This document shows positions 17,754 through 27,336 of a DNA stretch of 32,000 bases, piece after piece. The first letter of the stretch is position 1, and each line of letters starts with the position of its first letter. This DNA comes from an uncultured bacterium. Lineage in GTDB: Bacteria; Auribacterota; JACPWU01. Below the pieces are notes generated by a model. That model was not told the origin of the DNA. It made no database searches and worked only from the letters and a program-made list of their open reading frames with translations. The position numbers and the translations under genes are program-made. Location of the stretch: contig CAZXEQ010000001.1 in the NCBI GenBank assembly GCA_964640155.1, positions 426,403 through 458,402 on the forward strand. Reading direction: 5' to 3'.

Positions 17754-17844
17754 AAGCAGGTGATGCGAGGCGGGGAGCCCCGCCGCCCGCAACTTTGAAG
17801 TGAGGACGGTGGGGCTGCTGAGCAGCAGGACCCGCTTTTAAAAG
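17754..17844. repeat. GC-rich interspersed repeat, copy A
   Basis: I judge it about three-quarters identical, without gaps, to the reverse complement of 27241-27330 (shared GGCGGGGAGCCC, TGGGGCTG and GAGC blocks). It shares the 3' end CAGGACCCGCTTT-N-TAAAAG with 26906-27042. Confidence 0.6.
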
Positions 17845-17926
17845 TTTTGAGTGAACTTCTGGCAAAGCAATTGACGTAAGCATCAAATCCAATGCATAAT
17901 AGTGGATAGGTTTATAAAGGAGCCCC

Positions 17927-18451
17927 ATGTTCAATAAAAGATTTTCTGTCATCGTAGGAATGATTTTGGTTGCAGCCTTTTCAAGATTATTGCCTCATCC
18001 TGATAACATGACACCTTTAACAGCCATTGCTCTTTTTGCAGGGGTTTCTTTAGAGAAACGTTTTTCTTTTTTAGTCCCTCTTTTAGCCCTTTTACTCAGT
18101 GATCTTTTTCTGGGATTTCATTCTCAACTCATCGCTGTCTATTTTTGCTTTCTTCTAACTGTTTTAATCGGCCACTTTTTGAAACATCAACTTAAAGTAC
18201 TCCCAATCGTATTAGCAACTCTAATAAGTTCTGTTTTATTTTTTATCGCCACAAATTTTGGGGTCTGGCTTGTAGACCATCTTTATCCTAAAAATTTTAG
18301 TGGTCTTTGGATGTGCTACACAGCAGCTATTCCCTTCTTTCGAAATACACTTTTAGGCGATTTTTTCTACGTGGCAATTCTATTTGGATCTTTTGCTTTT
18401 GCTCAAAAACGCTATCCTGAACTTCGTACCTCTCTTGCTCAAGTGAATTAG
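17927..18451 (+). CDS. Small polytopic membrane protein (DUF6580-like guess)
   Basis: 174-aa ORF with 5-6 TM segments. The N-terminal RLLPHPDNMTPLTAIALFAG motif matches my recollection of that family. Confidence 0.45.
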   Translation: MFNKRFSVIVGMILVAAFSRLLPHPDNMTPLTAIALFAGVSLEKRFSFLVPLLALLLSDLFLGFHSQLIAVYFCFLLTVLIGHFLKHQLKVLPIVLATLISSVLFFIATNFGVWLVDHLYPKNFSGLWMCYTAAIPFFRNTLLGDFFYVAILFGSFAFAQKRYPELRTSLAQVN

Positions 18452-18474
18452 GGAAATAACCTAGAGAGCTATCC

Positions 18475-19392
18475 ATGACCTCAAAAATAAAACCAAAAAA
18501 CTCAGAAGTGACTCTAGGATTAATTCAGCTTAAAGCCGATAAAAATCCCAAAAAAAATTTAGATCATACCATCAGCAAAATAGAAGAAGCTGCAAAAAAA
18601 GGAGCTCAAATTATTTGTCTTCAGGAGCTTTTCAAAACCCTTTATTTTCCACAGACTGAAGATGCAAAATATTTTCAATTAGCAGAAACCATTCCGGGAA
18701 TAACAACAGAGGTTTTAAGCAAAGTCGCTCGTAAAAATAAAGTGGTGATTATTGCTTCCCTTTTTGAAAAAAGGACTTCTGGAATTTATCATAATACGGC
18801 TGCAGTGATTGATGCGGACGGAGAACTTTTAGGCTCGTATCGAAAAATGCATATTCCAGATGATCCCTGCTTTTATGAAAAATTTTATTTTGCTCCTGGA
18901 GATCTTGGATTTAGAACCTTTCAAACAAAATATGCAAACATTGGAATTCTCATTTGTTGGGACCAGTGGTTTCCAGAAGCGGCTCGTTTAACAGCTTTGC
19001 AAGGGGCACAAATTCTTTTTTACCCCACAGCCATTGGTTTTCATAAAACTGAAAAACTCGCAACGGCAAAAACTCAACGCGAGGCCTGGCAAACCATTCA
19101 ACGGTCTCACGCCATTGCAAATGGCATCTTTGTCGCCAGTGTGAATCGTATCGGAGTGGAGGACGAACTAACTTTTTGGGGTTCTTCTTTTGTCTCAGAT
19201 CCTTTTGGTGTTGTTCTTGAAGAAGCAGATCAAAAGAAAGAAGAAATTTTAATTGTCCCTTGCGACTTAAATAAAATCGAAGCAACACGGCATGGATGGC
19301 CCTTTTTAAGAGATAGAAGAATCGACGTGTATGATCAACTTAAAAATAGATTTATTGACTCAGACAGACTCTCTAAATTCAAAAATAAATAA
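18475..19392 (+). CDS. aguB: N-carbamoylputrescine amidase (carbon-nitrogen hydrolase family)
   Basis: 305-aa ORF with nitrilase-superfamily Glu-Lys-Cys catalytic context (CLQELF, YRKMHIPD, ICWDQWFPE). It lies immediately upstream of agmatine deiminase. Confidence 0.8.
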   Translation: MTSKIKPKNSEVTLGLIQLKADKNPKKNLDHTISKIEEAAKKGAQIICLQELFKTLYFPQTEDAKYFQLAETIPGITTEVLSKVARKNKVVIIASLFEKRTSGIYHNTAAVIDADGELLGSYRKMHIPDDPCFYEKFYFAPGDLGFRTFQTKYANIGILICWDQWFPEAARLTALQGAQILFYPTAIGFHKTEKLATAKTQREAWQTIQRSHAIANGIFVASVNRIGVEDELTFWGSSFVSDPFGVVLEEADQKKEEILIVPCDLNKIEATRHGWPFLRDRRIDVYDQLKNRFIDSDRLSKFKNK

Positions 19393-19407
19393 ATTTAACT
19401 TTCTTTT

Positions 19408-20490
19408 ATGAATAAAAGTTCTTCTTTGAAAAACAAACCCTCTTTACAGATTACGCCTGCTTCTCTTGGCTATTACATGCCTGCAGAATGGGAGGCTCAC
19501 GAAGGCACGTGGCTTTCATGGCCTAAAGACCCTATCACATGGCCCGAGCAAATTGAACAAGTCGAAGAAATTTACGCTCAAATAATTGAAGCCCTCACCT
19601 CCCATGAAAAAGTTTTTCTCTTGGTCAATGATCAAGAAACTGAAAAGAAAGTTCAAAAAAAATTAAAATCAAAAAAAATTAATCATCAAAACCTTCTGAT
19701 TTATAAAATTAAAACAGTAGACGCATGGATTCGTGATTATGGTCCCAATTTTCTCCTCAGAGAAAAAAATGGTAAAAAAGAATTAGGCTTCAATCACTGG
19801 ATATTCAATGCCTGGGGTGGCAAATACGAAGAATTAATGGAAGACACCAGTGTTCCAAAACATATTGCCCCTCTTTTGAAAGTTCCTGTCTTTGAGCCAA
19901 GTCTTGTTTTAGAAGGGGGCTCTATTGATGTGAATGGATGTGGAACTGTTCTCACCACAGAACAATGTTTGCTTACCCCCACTCGAAATCCTCATCTGGA
20001 TAAAATAGGCATTGAAAATGCTTTAAAAAATTATCTTGGCGTCACTCATGTCATATGGCTGGGTGAAGGTATTGTGGGAGATGACACAGATGGGCATATC
20101 GATGATATTGTTCGTTTTGTGACTCCCGACACAGTAATCTGTGCAGTTGAAGAAGATTCTTCTGATGAGAATTATCAACTTCTTCAAGACAATTACAAAC
20201 GACTCCTATCAGCTAAAACTGAAAGCGGGAAAAAACTCAATGTCATTCCCTTGCCTATGCCGGAAGAAATCAGTTATGAGGCAGACCGTCTTCCGGCAAG
20301 TTATGCCAATTTCTATATTGCCAATAATGTCGTTCTAGCCCCTATCTTTGGTCACTCTAATGACGAAAAGGTTTTAAAAATCCTAAAGAAATCTTTTCCA
20401 ACTCGAAAAATCATTGGTATTCGCTGTGAAGATTTGGTTGTAGGTCTTGGCGCTATTCACTGCGTGACACAGCAACAGCCTAAAATATAG
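19408..20490 (+). CDS. aguA: Agmatine deiminase
   Basis: 360-aa ORF with family motifs WIRDYGP, GGSIDVNGCGTVLTTEQCLL, DTDGHIDD and the C-terminal catalytic GAIHCVTQQQP. Confidence 0.85.
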   Translation: MNKSSSLKNKPSLQITPASLGYYMPAEWEAHEGTWLSWPKDPITWPEQIEQVEEIYAQIIEALTSHEKVFLLVNDQETEKKVQKKLKSKKINHQNLLIYKIKTVDAWIRDYGPNFLLREKNGKKELGFNHWIFNAWGGKYEELMEDTSVPKHIAPLLKVPVFEPSLVLEGGSIDVNGCGTVLTTEQCLLTPTRNPHLDKIGIENALKNYLGVTHVIWLGEGIVGDDTDGHIDDIVRFVTPDTVICAVEEDSSDENYQLLQDNYKRLLSAKTESGKKLNVIPLPMPEEISYEADRLPASYANFYIANNVVLAPIFGHSNDEKVLKILKKSFPTRKIIGIRCEDLVVGLGAIHCVTQQQPKI

Positions 20491-20548
20491 TTGTGCGTTA
20501 TGCGTACTGTGTCATGCGAAAATACAAGTTTTATTAATCTATGCCCTA

Positions 20549-20992
20549 TCATTTTTCAGATTTTTCCTCAATATCTTTCCACACTTCAAATCTACGAATA
20601 TTTTCAATTGCACCACTCCACATTCCCAGATGGCCATGATTCACTGGACTAAACACTCCTTCAACCAAACAAAACTTTCCACTGTACTTTTTTTGAAATT
20701 CTCCTATCGCTATCCCCTCCTCCAGATTCAACCACAACCCATTGCGAGTCATACCATATTGATGATCGTTCTTTGACAAATAGATCGCATGTCCTTCAAA
20801 TTCCAAACTAACATATCCAATAATTCTGACATAACTCCCTCGATATTTTTCAGGAGTTGCAATCAGTTGAATAATAGAAACATGTTTTATTTCTGCAGTT
20901 ACTGGCAGAGGATCTTGTTCACCTTCTGCAAATGCGTTTAATCCACCGAAAATCAATAAAAAAACTGTCATCCAAACTCTCAAATTTTTCAT
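20549..20992 (-). CDS. Hypothetical secreted protein
   Basis: 147-aa ORF with a clear signal peptide (MKNLRVWMTVFLLIFGGLNAFA). I recognise no family. Confidence 0.45.
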   Translation of the reverse strand: MKNLRVWMTVFLLIFGGLNAFAEGEQDPLPVTAEIKHVSIIQLIATPEKYRGSYVRIIGYVSLEFEGHAIYLSKNDHQYGMTRNGLWLNLEEGIAIGEFQKKYSGKFCLVEGVFSPVNHGHLGMWSGAIENIRRFEVWKDIEEKSEK

Positions 20993-21122
20993 TGCTCCTC
21001 CATTTATTATTTTAATTTTATTTACATACTCAAAAAATTAAACTGTTTTAAATATTTTGAGCTTTCTTGCAACCATTGTCTAGAATAGAATGTCTTTAGA
21101 ATAAAAACTAAAGGGTCTAATC

Positions 21123-21677
21123 ATGCATTCTCTCAGAAAAATATTAATAAATAGGTCTTGGATAGAAACTCACATAACAGCACTGATCTTGATAGGAACT
21201 ATCCTATTCGGACCATTTAATAGAACATCCAATGCTGAAGTGCTAACCATCACAGATTTCTCTTGCGATGGCATGACGGGGTTTACTTTCAAATACCCGA
21301 TCTTTAAAGGATGCGAACCAAGTCTTGCGAGAAAAATAACTGCTACCAACAATATTTGTAATATTTTTTTAAACCACCCCAAAGAAATTCAGTTTAGACG
21401 TCCTTCCCAAATCATTATTATAAAAAGAACATATGCGGAAGATCATGACTTCGAAATTCCAGCTGACGCAGTTTCCAAAAGCCCAAATCCTAATGGTATC
21501 CCCTATATTTATAGAGATGATGCAAAGTCTGGGAATTTCGTGACTTTCTATGCGAAGGATTTTAAGGTTTATGTAGAAGTGCAATCTGTTAGTGAAAATT
21601 TGGGATTTTCAAAAGACATATTCTTTAAAATGGTGATTGAAAGCTTTCAGATACAAGATTCTCCTTCTAAGAACTAA
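21123..21677 (+). CDS. Hypothetical protein with an N-terminal membrane or signal anchor
   Basis: 184-aa ORF with one N-terminal hydrophobic segment. I recognise no family. Confidence 0.4.
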   Translation: MHSLRKILINRSWIETHITALILIGTILFGPFNRTSNAEVLTITDFSCDGMTGFTFKYPIFKGCEPSLARKITATNNICNIFLNHPKEIQFRRPSQIIIIKRTYAEDHDFEIPADAVSKSPNPNGIPYIYRDDAKSGNFVTFYAKDFKVYVEVQSVSENLGFSKDIFFKMVIESFQIQDSPSKN

Positions 21678-21681
21678 CCTC

Positions 21682-22854
21682 ATGCCTAAAAAATATTTTT
21701 CTGATCGGACAAATTGGAATTTAAATATTAATGACCTTGCCCAACTGATTCATGAGCAAAAAATCAAAGGGCTTCCCATTCTTGATTTAACTGAATCAAA
21801 TCCTACAAAATGTGGATTTGAATACCCAACAGAACTAATAACAAAGGCCATTACACAATCTGATAATTTTATTTATGAGCCTTCTCCCAAAGGACAACTT
21901 CACGCAAGAGAAGCGATTGTTTCATATTATCTTCTGCAAGGCATCACCCTCGATACTGAACAAATCTTTCTCACTTCAAGCACGAGCGAAGCATATTCAT
22001 TTATCTTTAGATTGCTTTGTAATCCTGGGGATTCGGTAGCAATCCCTTCCCCAAGCTACCCTCTCTTTGGCTTTTTAGGAGATTTAAATGATATCGAGCT
22101 TCAACCTTATGAATTGAGGGTTGATCAAAACTGGGAAATTGACTTTCCCTCTTTAGAACAACTGATTTCTACTAGAACCAAAGCAATTCTTTTAGTAAAT
22201 CCAAACAATCCGACTGGTTCTTACATTCAACAAGAAGAAATGGGAAAACTCACAAAATTATCTCAAGAAAAAGAATTAGCTTTGATTTCAGATGAAGTTT
22301 TTTTTGATTACTCTTTTTCTTCCATTCAAAAAACAAGTCTTGCATCAAATGACCAAACCTTAAGTTTCTCTTTAAATGGACTTTCAAAAATCTTAGGACT
22401 CCCTCAGATGAAATTGGGATGGATTATTATTAATGGACCTGACAGATTAAAAAAAGAAGCCATTGAACGACTAGAAGTTATTGCGGATACTTATTTATCT
22501 GTCAACACTCCCATTCAGAATGCACTTCCACAAATTCTTCCTTTAAGAAATCAAATTCAAGAACAAATCAAAAATCGCGTTCAAACTAATTTTGAATTTC
22601 TAAAAGCACTTTTATCAACCCATTCTCAAACTGAGATCCTCAATATAGATGGAGGTTGGTACACTATTCTGAAGATAGAAGGGATTGAAGACGAAGATGC
22701 GTGGACGCTTCAACTTCTTAAAGAAAAAGGAGTTCTTATTCATCCAGGACATTTTTATAACTTTTCGCAATCGGGTTACTTTGTCATCAGCCTTCTGACA
22801 CCTGCTCATACTTTCCAGGAAGGATTGAAAAAAGTCTTAGCCAAAATGACTTGA
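21682..22854 (+). CDS. Pyridoxal-phosphate-dependent aminotransferase, class I/II
   Basis: The tracked ORF starts at 21637, but the in-frame ATG at 21682 (MPKKYF) avoids overlap with the preceding ORF. It carries NPNNPTG and LSKILGLPQMKLGW (PLP lysine context). Confidence 0.75.
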   Translation: MPKKYFSDRTNWNLNINDLAQLIHEQKIKGLPILDLTESNPTKCGFEYPTELITKAITQSDNFIYEPSPKGQLHAREAIVSYYLLQGITLDTEQIFLTSSTSEAYSFIFRLLCNPGDSVAIPSPSYPLFGFLGDLNDIELQPYELRVDQNWEIDFPSLEQLISTRTKAILLVNPNNPTGSYIQQEEMGKLTKLSQEKELALISDEVFFDYSFSSIQKTSLASNDQTLSFSLNGLSKILGLPQMKLGWIIINGPDRLKKEAIERLEVIADTYLSVNTPIQNALPQILPLRNQIQEQIKNRVQTNFEFLKALLSTHSQTEILNIDGGWYTILKIEGIEDEDAWTLQLLKEKGVLIHPGHFYNFSQSGYFVISLLTPAHTFQEGLKKVLAKMT

Positions 22855-22886
22855 TCCTTCTCCCCCATTTTGCTAGCTTTCTCCAC

Positions 22887-24053
22887 ATGAAAATTCATGA
22901 ATATCAGGCCAAAGCACTTTTGAAAGAATATGCTATTCCCACCATGGAAGGGAAAATTGCAGAAACTCCTCTAGAAGCCCTTCAAATCGCTCGAGAGATG
23001 AAACAGGCTCGTGTCGTTGTCAAAGCTCAGATTCATGCAGGAGGCCGAGGCAAGGCGGGTGGTGTCAAAATTGTAGATCTACCTGAAGAAGCACAAAAAG
23101 CAGCTCAAGAGATTTTGGGAAAAATCCTGATTACCCATCAAACAGGCCCCGAAGGAATTCAAGTTGAGAAAGTACTTGTAGAAGCCAGTATCCCCATTGG
23201 TCATGAATATTATTTAGGACTGACTTTAGATCGTCAAAAAAATGCCCCCGTTTTTTTGGTTTCCACCGAAGGGGGTGTTGAAATCGAAGAAGTTGCTCAA
23301 AAAACTCCCGATAAAATTTTCAAAGTATGGATTAATCCCCTTCTTGGGCTTCAAGCTTATCAGGCAAGACAATTATCTATTTTCTTAGGATTCAAAGATA
23401 AATTGCTTAGTGAGGCTACTCAAATTTTTCTTAAAATGAGTCGTCTCTTTTTTGAAAAGGATTGTTCAATGCTTGAAATCAATCCTTTTGTTCTTTCTAA
23501 AGAAAATCGATTGTTTGCTCTCGATGCAAAAATTACTTTTGATGATAATGGCCTTTTTCGTCATCCTGAAATTAAAGCGTTAAGAGATATCTCTCAAGAA
23601 GATCCCTTAGAAGTTCAAGCGACTCAGAACAATTTAAATTATATTAGTTTGGATGGGAACATTGGATGCATGGTCAATGGAGCCGGATTGGCCATGGCCA
23701 CCATGGACATCATTAAATTTTATGGAGGTAGCCCCGCTAATTTTTTAGATGTAGGTGGAGGAGCTTCCACAGAAATGGTCACTGCAGCTTTTAAAATTTT
23801 ACTTTCTCATCCCAAGGTCAAAGGTATTTTGGTCAATATCTTTGGTGGCATCATGAAATGCGATGTGATCGCCAATGGTATTGTCGAAGCAGCAAGAGAA
23901 ATTAAAATCAGAGTTCCTTTGGTTGTTCGCCTTGAAGGAACGAATGTTGAAATAGGGAAAAAGATTTTAAAAGAATCAGGTCTAGCCATTGAAACAGCAA
24001 GCTCTATGGCCGATGCTGCTGAAAAAATTGTAAAACTTGTAATTAAATTATAG
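22887..24053 (+). CDS. sucC: Succinyl-CoA synthetase (ADP-forming) beta subunit
   Basis: The canonical N-terminus MKIHEYQAKALLKEY begins at the internal ATG at 22887, while the tracked ORF starts at 22851. It has an ATP-grasp region and GGIMKCDVIA. Confidence 0.9.
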   Translation: MKIHEYQAKALLKEYAIPTMEGKIAETPLEALQIAREMKQARVVVKAQIHAGGRGKAGGVKIVDLPEEAQKAAQEILGKILITHQTGPEGIQVEKVLVEASIPIGHEYYLGLTLDRQKNAPVFLVSTEGGVEIEEVAQKTPDKIFKVWINPLLGLQAYQARQLSIFLGFKDKLLSEATQIFLKMSRLFFEKDCSMLEINPFVLSKENRLFALDAKITFDDNGLFRHPEIKALRDISQEDPLEVQATQNNLNYISLDGNIGCMVNGAGLAMATMDIIKFYGGSPANFLDVGGGASTEMVTAAFKILLSHPKVKGILVNIFGGIMKCDVIANGIVEAAREIKIRVPLVVRLEGTNVEIGKKILKESGLAIETASSMADAAEKIVKLVIKL

Positions 24054-24069
24054 AATCGGACATTGATTT

Positions 24070-24954
24070 ATGAGCATATTGATTAATTCCAACACGCGTG
24101 TCATCTGTCAGGGAATCACAGGTTCTGCAGGCTCTTTTCATACTCGGCAAATGATTCAATATGGAACCAAAATGGTAGGAGGTGTTACTCCCGGCAAAGG
24201 AGGAACAGACTTTGAAGGTGTTCCTATTTTTGATACCGTGACACAAGCCGTAAAAGAAACCCAAGCTAACGCTTCTGTCATTTATGTTCCCGCTGCCTTT
24301 GCAGCTGATGCCATTTTTGAAGCCGCTGATGCAGGTATAGAATTGGTTGTCTGTATCACGGAAGGTATTCCCGCGCTTGACATGGCAAAAGTTAAAACTG
24401 CTTTAAGACGAAGCAAAACAAAATTGATTGGACCCAATTGTCCAGGCATTATCACCCCTGGAGAATGCAAAATTGGAATTATGCCAGGCTACATTCACAA
24501 ACCTGGTTCTGTCGGTGTCATTTCAAGAAGTGGAACGCTTACCTACGAAGCCGTTTGGCAACTCACCTCTTTGGGGCTTGGTCAATCCACTTGTATTGGC
24601 ATTGGCGGGGATCCGATTATTGGTATGAATTTCATCGATCTTCTCGAACTCTTTCAAAATGATTTGCAAACAGAAGCTGTGGTAGTGATAGGAGAAATTG
24701 GAGGCAGTCAGGAAGAAGAAGCTGCCCAATTTATCAAAAAGTCTTTCACCAAACCTGTTGTAGGATTCATTTCAGGCATGACTGCTCCATCTGGGAAAAG
24801 AATGGGTCATGCAGGCGCAATTATTTCTGGTGGTTCAGGAACAGCCAAAGCCAAAATCGAAGCCCTTAAATCTGCTGGAGTCACTGTCTGCGACAGCCCT
24901 GCCAAAATGGGCGAGACAGTGAAGAGTGTATTGCCCTTAAGCGTAAAAGCTTAA
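24070..24954 (+). CDS. sucD: Succinyl-CoA synthetase alpha subunit
   Basis: 294-aa ORF with the motifs [17 protein letters not shown] and GHAGAI (phosphohistidine loop). Confidence 0.92.
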   Translation: MSILINSNTRVICQGITGSAGSFHTRQMIQYGTKMVGGVTPGKGGTDFEGVPIFDTVTQAVKETQANASVIYVPAAFAADAIFEAADAGIELVVCITEGIPALDMAKVKTALRRSKTKLIGPNCPGIITPGECKIGIMPGYIHKPGSVGVISRSGTLTYEAVWQLTSLGLGQSTCIGIGGDPIIGMNFIDLLELFQNDLQTEAVVVIGEIGGSQEEEAAQFIKKSFTKPVVGFISGMTAPSGKRMGHAGAIISGGSGTAKAKIEALKSAGVTVCDSPAKMGETVKSVLPLSVKA

Positions 24955-25505
24955 AGATGACAACTTCCTAATCCCCTTTTCTTCAAATATTGCTGATGAT
25001 AATCTTCAGCTTTATAAAAAGTTGTGGCCGGAGTAATTTCTGTAACAATAGGCCTTTTAAATTGTCCTGATTTTTCCAATTCATCTTTAGATTTTTGAGC
25101 TAACGCTTTTTGTTCAGGGGTATGGTAAAAAATCGATGAGCGGTATTGAGAACCAACATCCGGGCCTTGACGATTGGCGGTCGTAGGATCATGGTTTTCC
25201 CAAAACACTTCGAGTAATTTTTCGTAGGAGACTTCCAAAGGATCATAAATGACTTGCACTGCTTCTGCATGACCTGTTTCATCTGTGCAAACAGCTTTAT
25301 ACGTAGGATCTTTTTGGTGACCTCCTGTATACCCTACCATAGTCTCTTTAACCCCTTTGATATTTCTAAAAGTTTCTTCAACACCCCAAAAACAACCTGC
25401 TGCAAAAGTTGCTGTTTCTAATTTTTTTCTTTCTGCCATGACAAATCCTCCTATCAAATTGAGAAATATCACCAACAAAACAATTTCAATAAATATTCTC
25501 TTCAT
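24951..25505 (-). CDS. msrA: Peptide-methionine (S)-S-oxide reductase MsrA with an N-terminal membrane or signal anchor
   Basis: 184-aa ORF with the GCFWGVE active-site motif after a hydrophobic N-terminus. Its stop codon overlaps the sucD stop (TTAA, convergent). Confidence 0.88.
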   Translation of the reverse strand: MKRIFIEIVLLVIFLNLIGGFVMAERKKLETATFAAGCFWGVEETFRNIKGVKETMVGYTGGHQKDPTYKAVCTDETGHAEAVQVIYDPLEVSYEKLLEVFWENHDPTTANRQGPDVGSQYRSSIFYHTPEQKALAQKSKDELEKSGQFKRPIVTEITPATTFYKAEDYHQQYLKKRGLGSCHL

Positions 25506-25517
25506 TGGACCCTCTCC

Positions 25518-26819
25518 TTAAAGAGCAAGATTGGCTGCCTTTATAATCTTTTCAATATCTTGTCTTGAATGAGCCAAGCTCAAAAACCAGGCTTCAAAAG
25601 CTGAAGGGGGAAGAAAAACACCCAATTGAAACATTTTTTTAAAAAAGTTATTAAACTTTTTTACATCACACTTTAAAACATCCTGATAACTGTATATCTC
25701 ACCACAGGTAAAAAATAAGGTCATCAGAGATCCCATGCGATGAATACGTGCTTCTATTTTTTTATTTAAAAGAATCGATTGAAGGCCTTTTTCTAACAAC
25801 TGTCCTAAATTTTCTAATTTTTGATAAATTTCTTTCTTTTTCAAAATTTTAAGTGTCTCCAAGCCAGCCGTCATAGCTACAGGATTACCAGAAAGCGTTC
25901 CAGCCTGATACACAGGTCCTAAAGGAGCCAATTGATCCATCACCTCTGAACGTCCTCCAACAGCACCTACCGGGAATCCACCTCCAATGATTTTCCCAAG
26001 AATGGTCAAGTCCGGCTTTATCTTTAAAATACTCTGCGCCCCCCCATAAGCAACACGAAAACCAGAAATAACCTCATCAAAAACAAGCAAAGCCTTATTT
26101 TGATTACAAATTTTTCTTAAAAAATTCAAATAATCTGGTTTTGGGAATATAAGGCCCATATTGGCTGGAACAGGTTCAATTAAAACACACGCAATTTCAT
26201 TTTTAAATTTTTTAAAGACTTCTTGAACTGCTTGGAAATCATTAAAGGGAAGAACAATGGTTGATTGAAGCACTTCTTCTGGGATTCCAGCACTTCCAGC
26301 CAAACTATATGTTGCCAGCCCTGAACCAGCCTTGGCCAATAAAAAGTCTGAATGGCCATGATAACAGCCTTCAAATTTAATAATTTTTGATCTGCCGGTA
26401 AAAGCCCTTGCTAACCGAATCGCCGTCATGGCTGCTTCAGTACCAGAACTAACAAAACGTATTTTTTGAATGGAGGGGATCGCTTCTTGAATCAATTCTG
26501 CCAATTGAATTTCTTTTTCACATAAAGCACCATAACTCGACCCGCCTTCTACCGCTTTTTTTACAGCTTTGACCACTTGAGCATGAGCATGACCCAGAAT
26601 TAAAGGGCCCCAAGACATAACAAGATCAATATAAGATTTTCCTGCAACATCATAAATTTTTGAACCCTTCGCATGAGAAACAATAAGAGGGTTCATCCCC
26701 ACAGATTTAAAAGCACGAACAGGGCTATTGACGCCACCCGGCATTAATTTTTGTGCTCTTTTCCATAAAATTTCTTTTAGATGCATTTTGAATCCTTGAC
26801 TAATATCCGCACGCTTCAT
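25518..26819 (-). CDS. hemL: Glutamate-1-semialdehyde 2,1-aminomutase
   Basis: 433-aa ORF with GGVNSPVRAF, DEVISGFR and a PLP-lysine region. The true start may be the internal ATG at 26786 (MHLKEIL), which has a better AAGGA Shine-Dalgarno. Confidence 0.9.
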   Translation of the reverse strand: MKRADISQGFKMHLKEILWKRAQKLMPGGVNSPVRAFKSVGMNPLIVSHAKGSKIYDVAGKSYIDLVMSWGPLILGHAHAQVVKAVKKAVEGGSSYGALCEKEIQLAELIQEAIPSIQKIRFVSSGTEAAMTAIRLARAFTGRSKIIKFEGCYHGHSDFLLAKAGSGLATYSLAGSAGIPEEVLQSTIVLPFNDFQAVQEVFKKFKNEIACVLIEPVPANMGLIFPKPDYLNFLRKICNQNKALLVFDEVISGFRVAYGGAQSILKIKPDLTILGKIIGGGFPVGAVGGRSEVMDQLAPLGPVYQAGTLSGNPVAMTAGLETLKILKKKEIYQKLENLGQLLEKGLQSILLNKKIEARIHRMGSLMTLFFTCGEIYSYQDVLKCDVKKFNNFFKKMFQLGVFLPPSAFEAWFLSLAHSRQDIEKIIKAANLAL

Positions 26820-26905
26820 TCACTCTTTGCGAGGAGTTTCTCCAGAACTACTTATTCAAATTCTAAATTGGCTCATCACTATAACATTTATAAATTAATC
26901 CATGC

Positions 26906-27042
26906 AAAGCGGGTGACACGACTGGGGGTCCCCCATCGATCGTCAGCAGGTGGAGCCTTCATCGCAAAGCCAAATGCCCATACTTGACCGACACCGATGC
27001 CGTCGGTGGGGGTAAGGAGTGGCAGGACCCGCTTTCTAAAAG
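26906..27042. repeat. GC-rich interspersed repeat, copy B (long variant)
   Basis: It starts AAAGCGGGTGAC and ends CAGGACCCGCTTTCTAAAAG, so the ends can pair (GCGGGT/ACCCGC). The 5' end is shared with copy C (as its reverse complement; nearly so in copy A) and the 3' end with copy A, but the interior differs. Confidence 0.6.
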
Positions 27043-27061
27043 ATTTTTGGAGAAACTCTTC

Positions 27062-27220
27062 CTATTTTTTTTCTTCACAATTTGAATCATCTTTATTCGA
27101 TGATATCGCACATTTTTTATCACAACATGAATTTGATTTCTTTTTTGCCAATATCCGTTTAACAAAAATAAATAAAGATATACCGACAATAGCCAATGCA
27201 ATGATTTCTGTATATTCCAT
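27062..27220 (-). CDS. FeoB-associated Cys-rich small membrane protein (52 aa; below the ORF-track cutoff)
   Basis: Manual translation gives MEYTEIIALAIVGISLFIFVKRILAKKKSNSCCDKKCAISSNKDDSNCEEKK. This is one TM helix, a basic patch and a Cys cluster, encoded downstream of feoB on the same strand, which is the family's typical architecture and position. Confidence 0.6.
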   Translation of the reverse strand: MEYTEIIALAIVGISLFIFVKRILAKKKSNSCCDKKCAISSNKDDSNCEEKK

Positions 27221-27240
27221 AAAATTATATTTCCCCATCG

Positions 27241-27330
27241 AAAAAGTCGAGGGTCTTGCCGCTCGTCAGCCCCATCGTGCTCATAAAAAATTGCGCGCGA
27301 TAGGGCTCCCCGCCGAGCGTCACCCGCTTT
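27241..27330. repeat. GC-rich interspersed repeat, copy C (inverted relative to A and B)
   Basis: Its reverse complement aligns to copy A along its full length. Its terminal GTCACCCGCTTT (27319-27330) is the exact reverse complement of AAAGCGGGTGAC at 26906-26917. Confidence 0.55.
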
Positions 27331-27336
27331 ACATCC

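Noticed and set aside
17754-17844. Copy A as a cobalamin or other riboswitch controlling the downstream small membrane protein
   Set aside because: No B12-box-like sequence is present. The same family occurs in the opposite orientation downstream of feoB, and its hairpins are not maintained between copies. That pattern points to an interspersed repeat rather than a cis regulator.
17704-17952. Tracked 82-aa ORF (minus) between the aconitase gene and the membrane-protein gene
   Set aside because: It owes its length to repeat copy A (a Pro/Ala/Gly-rich translation) and overlaps the ends of both neighbouring genes.
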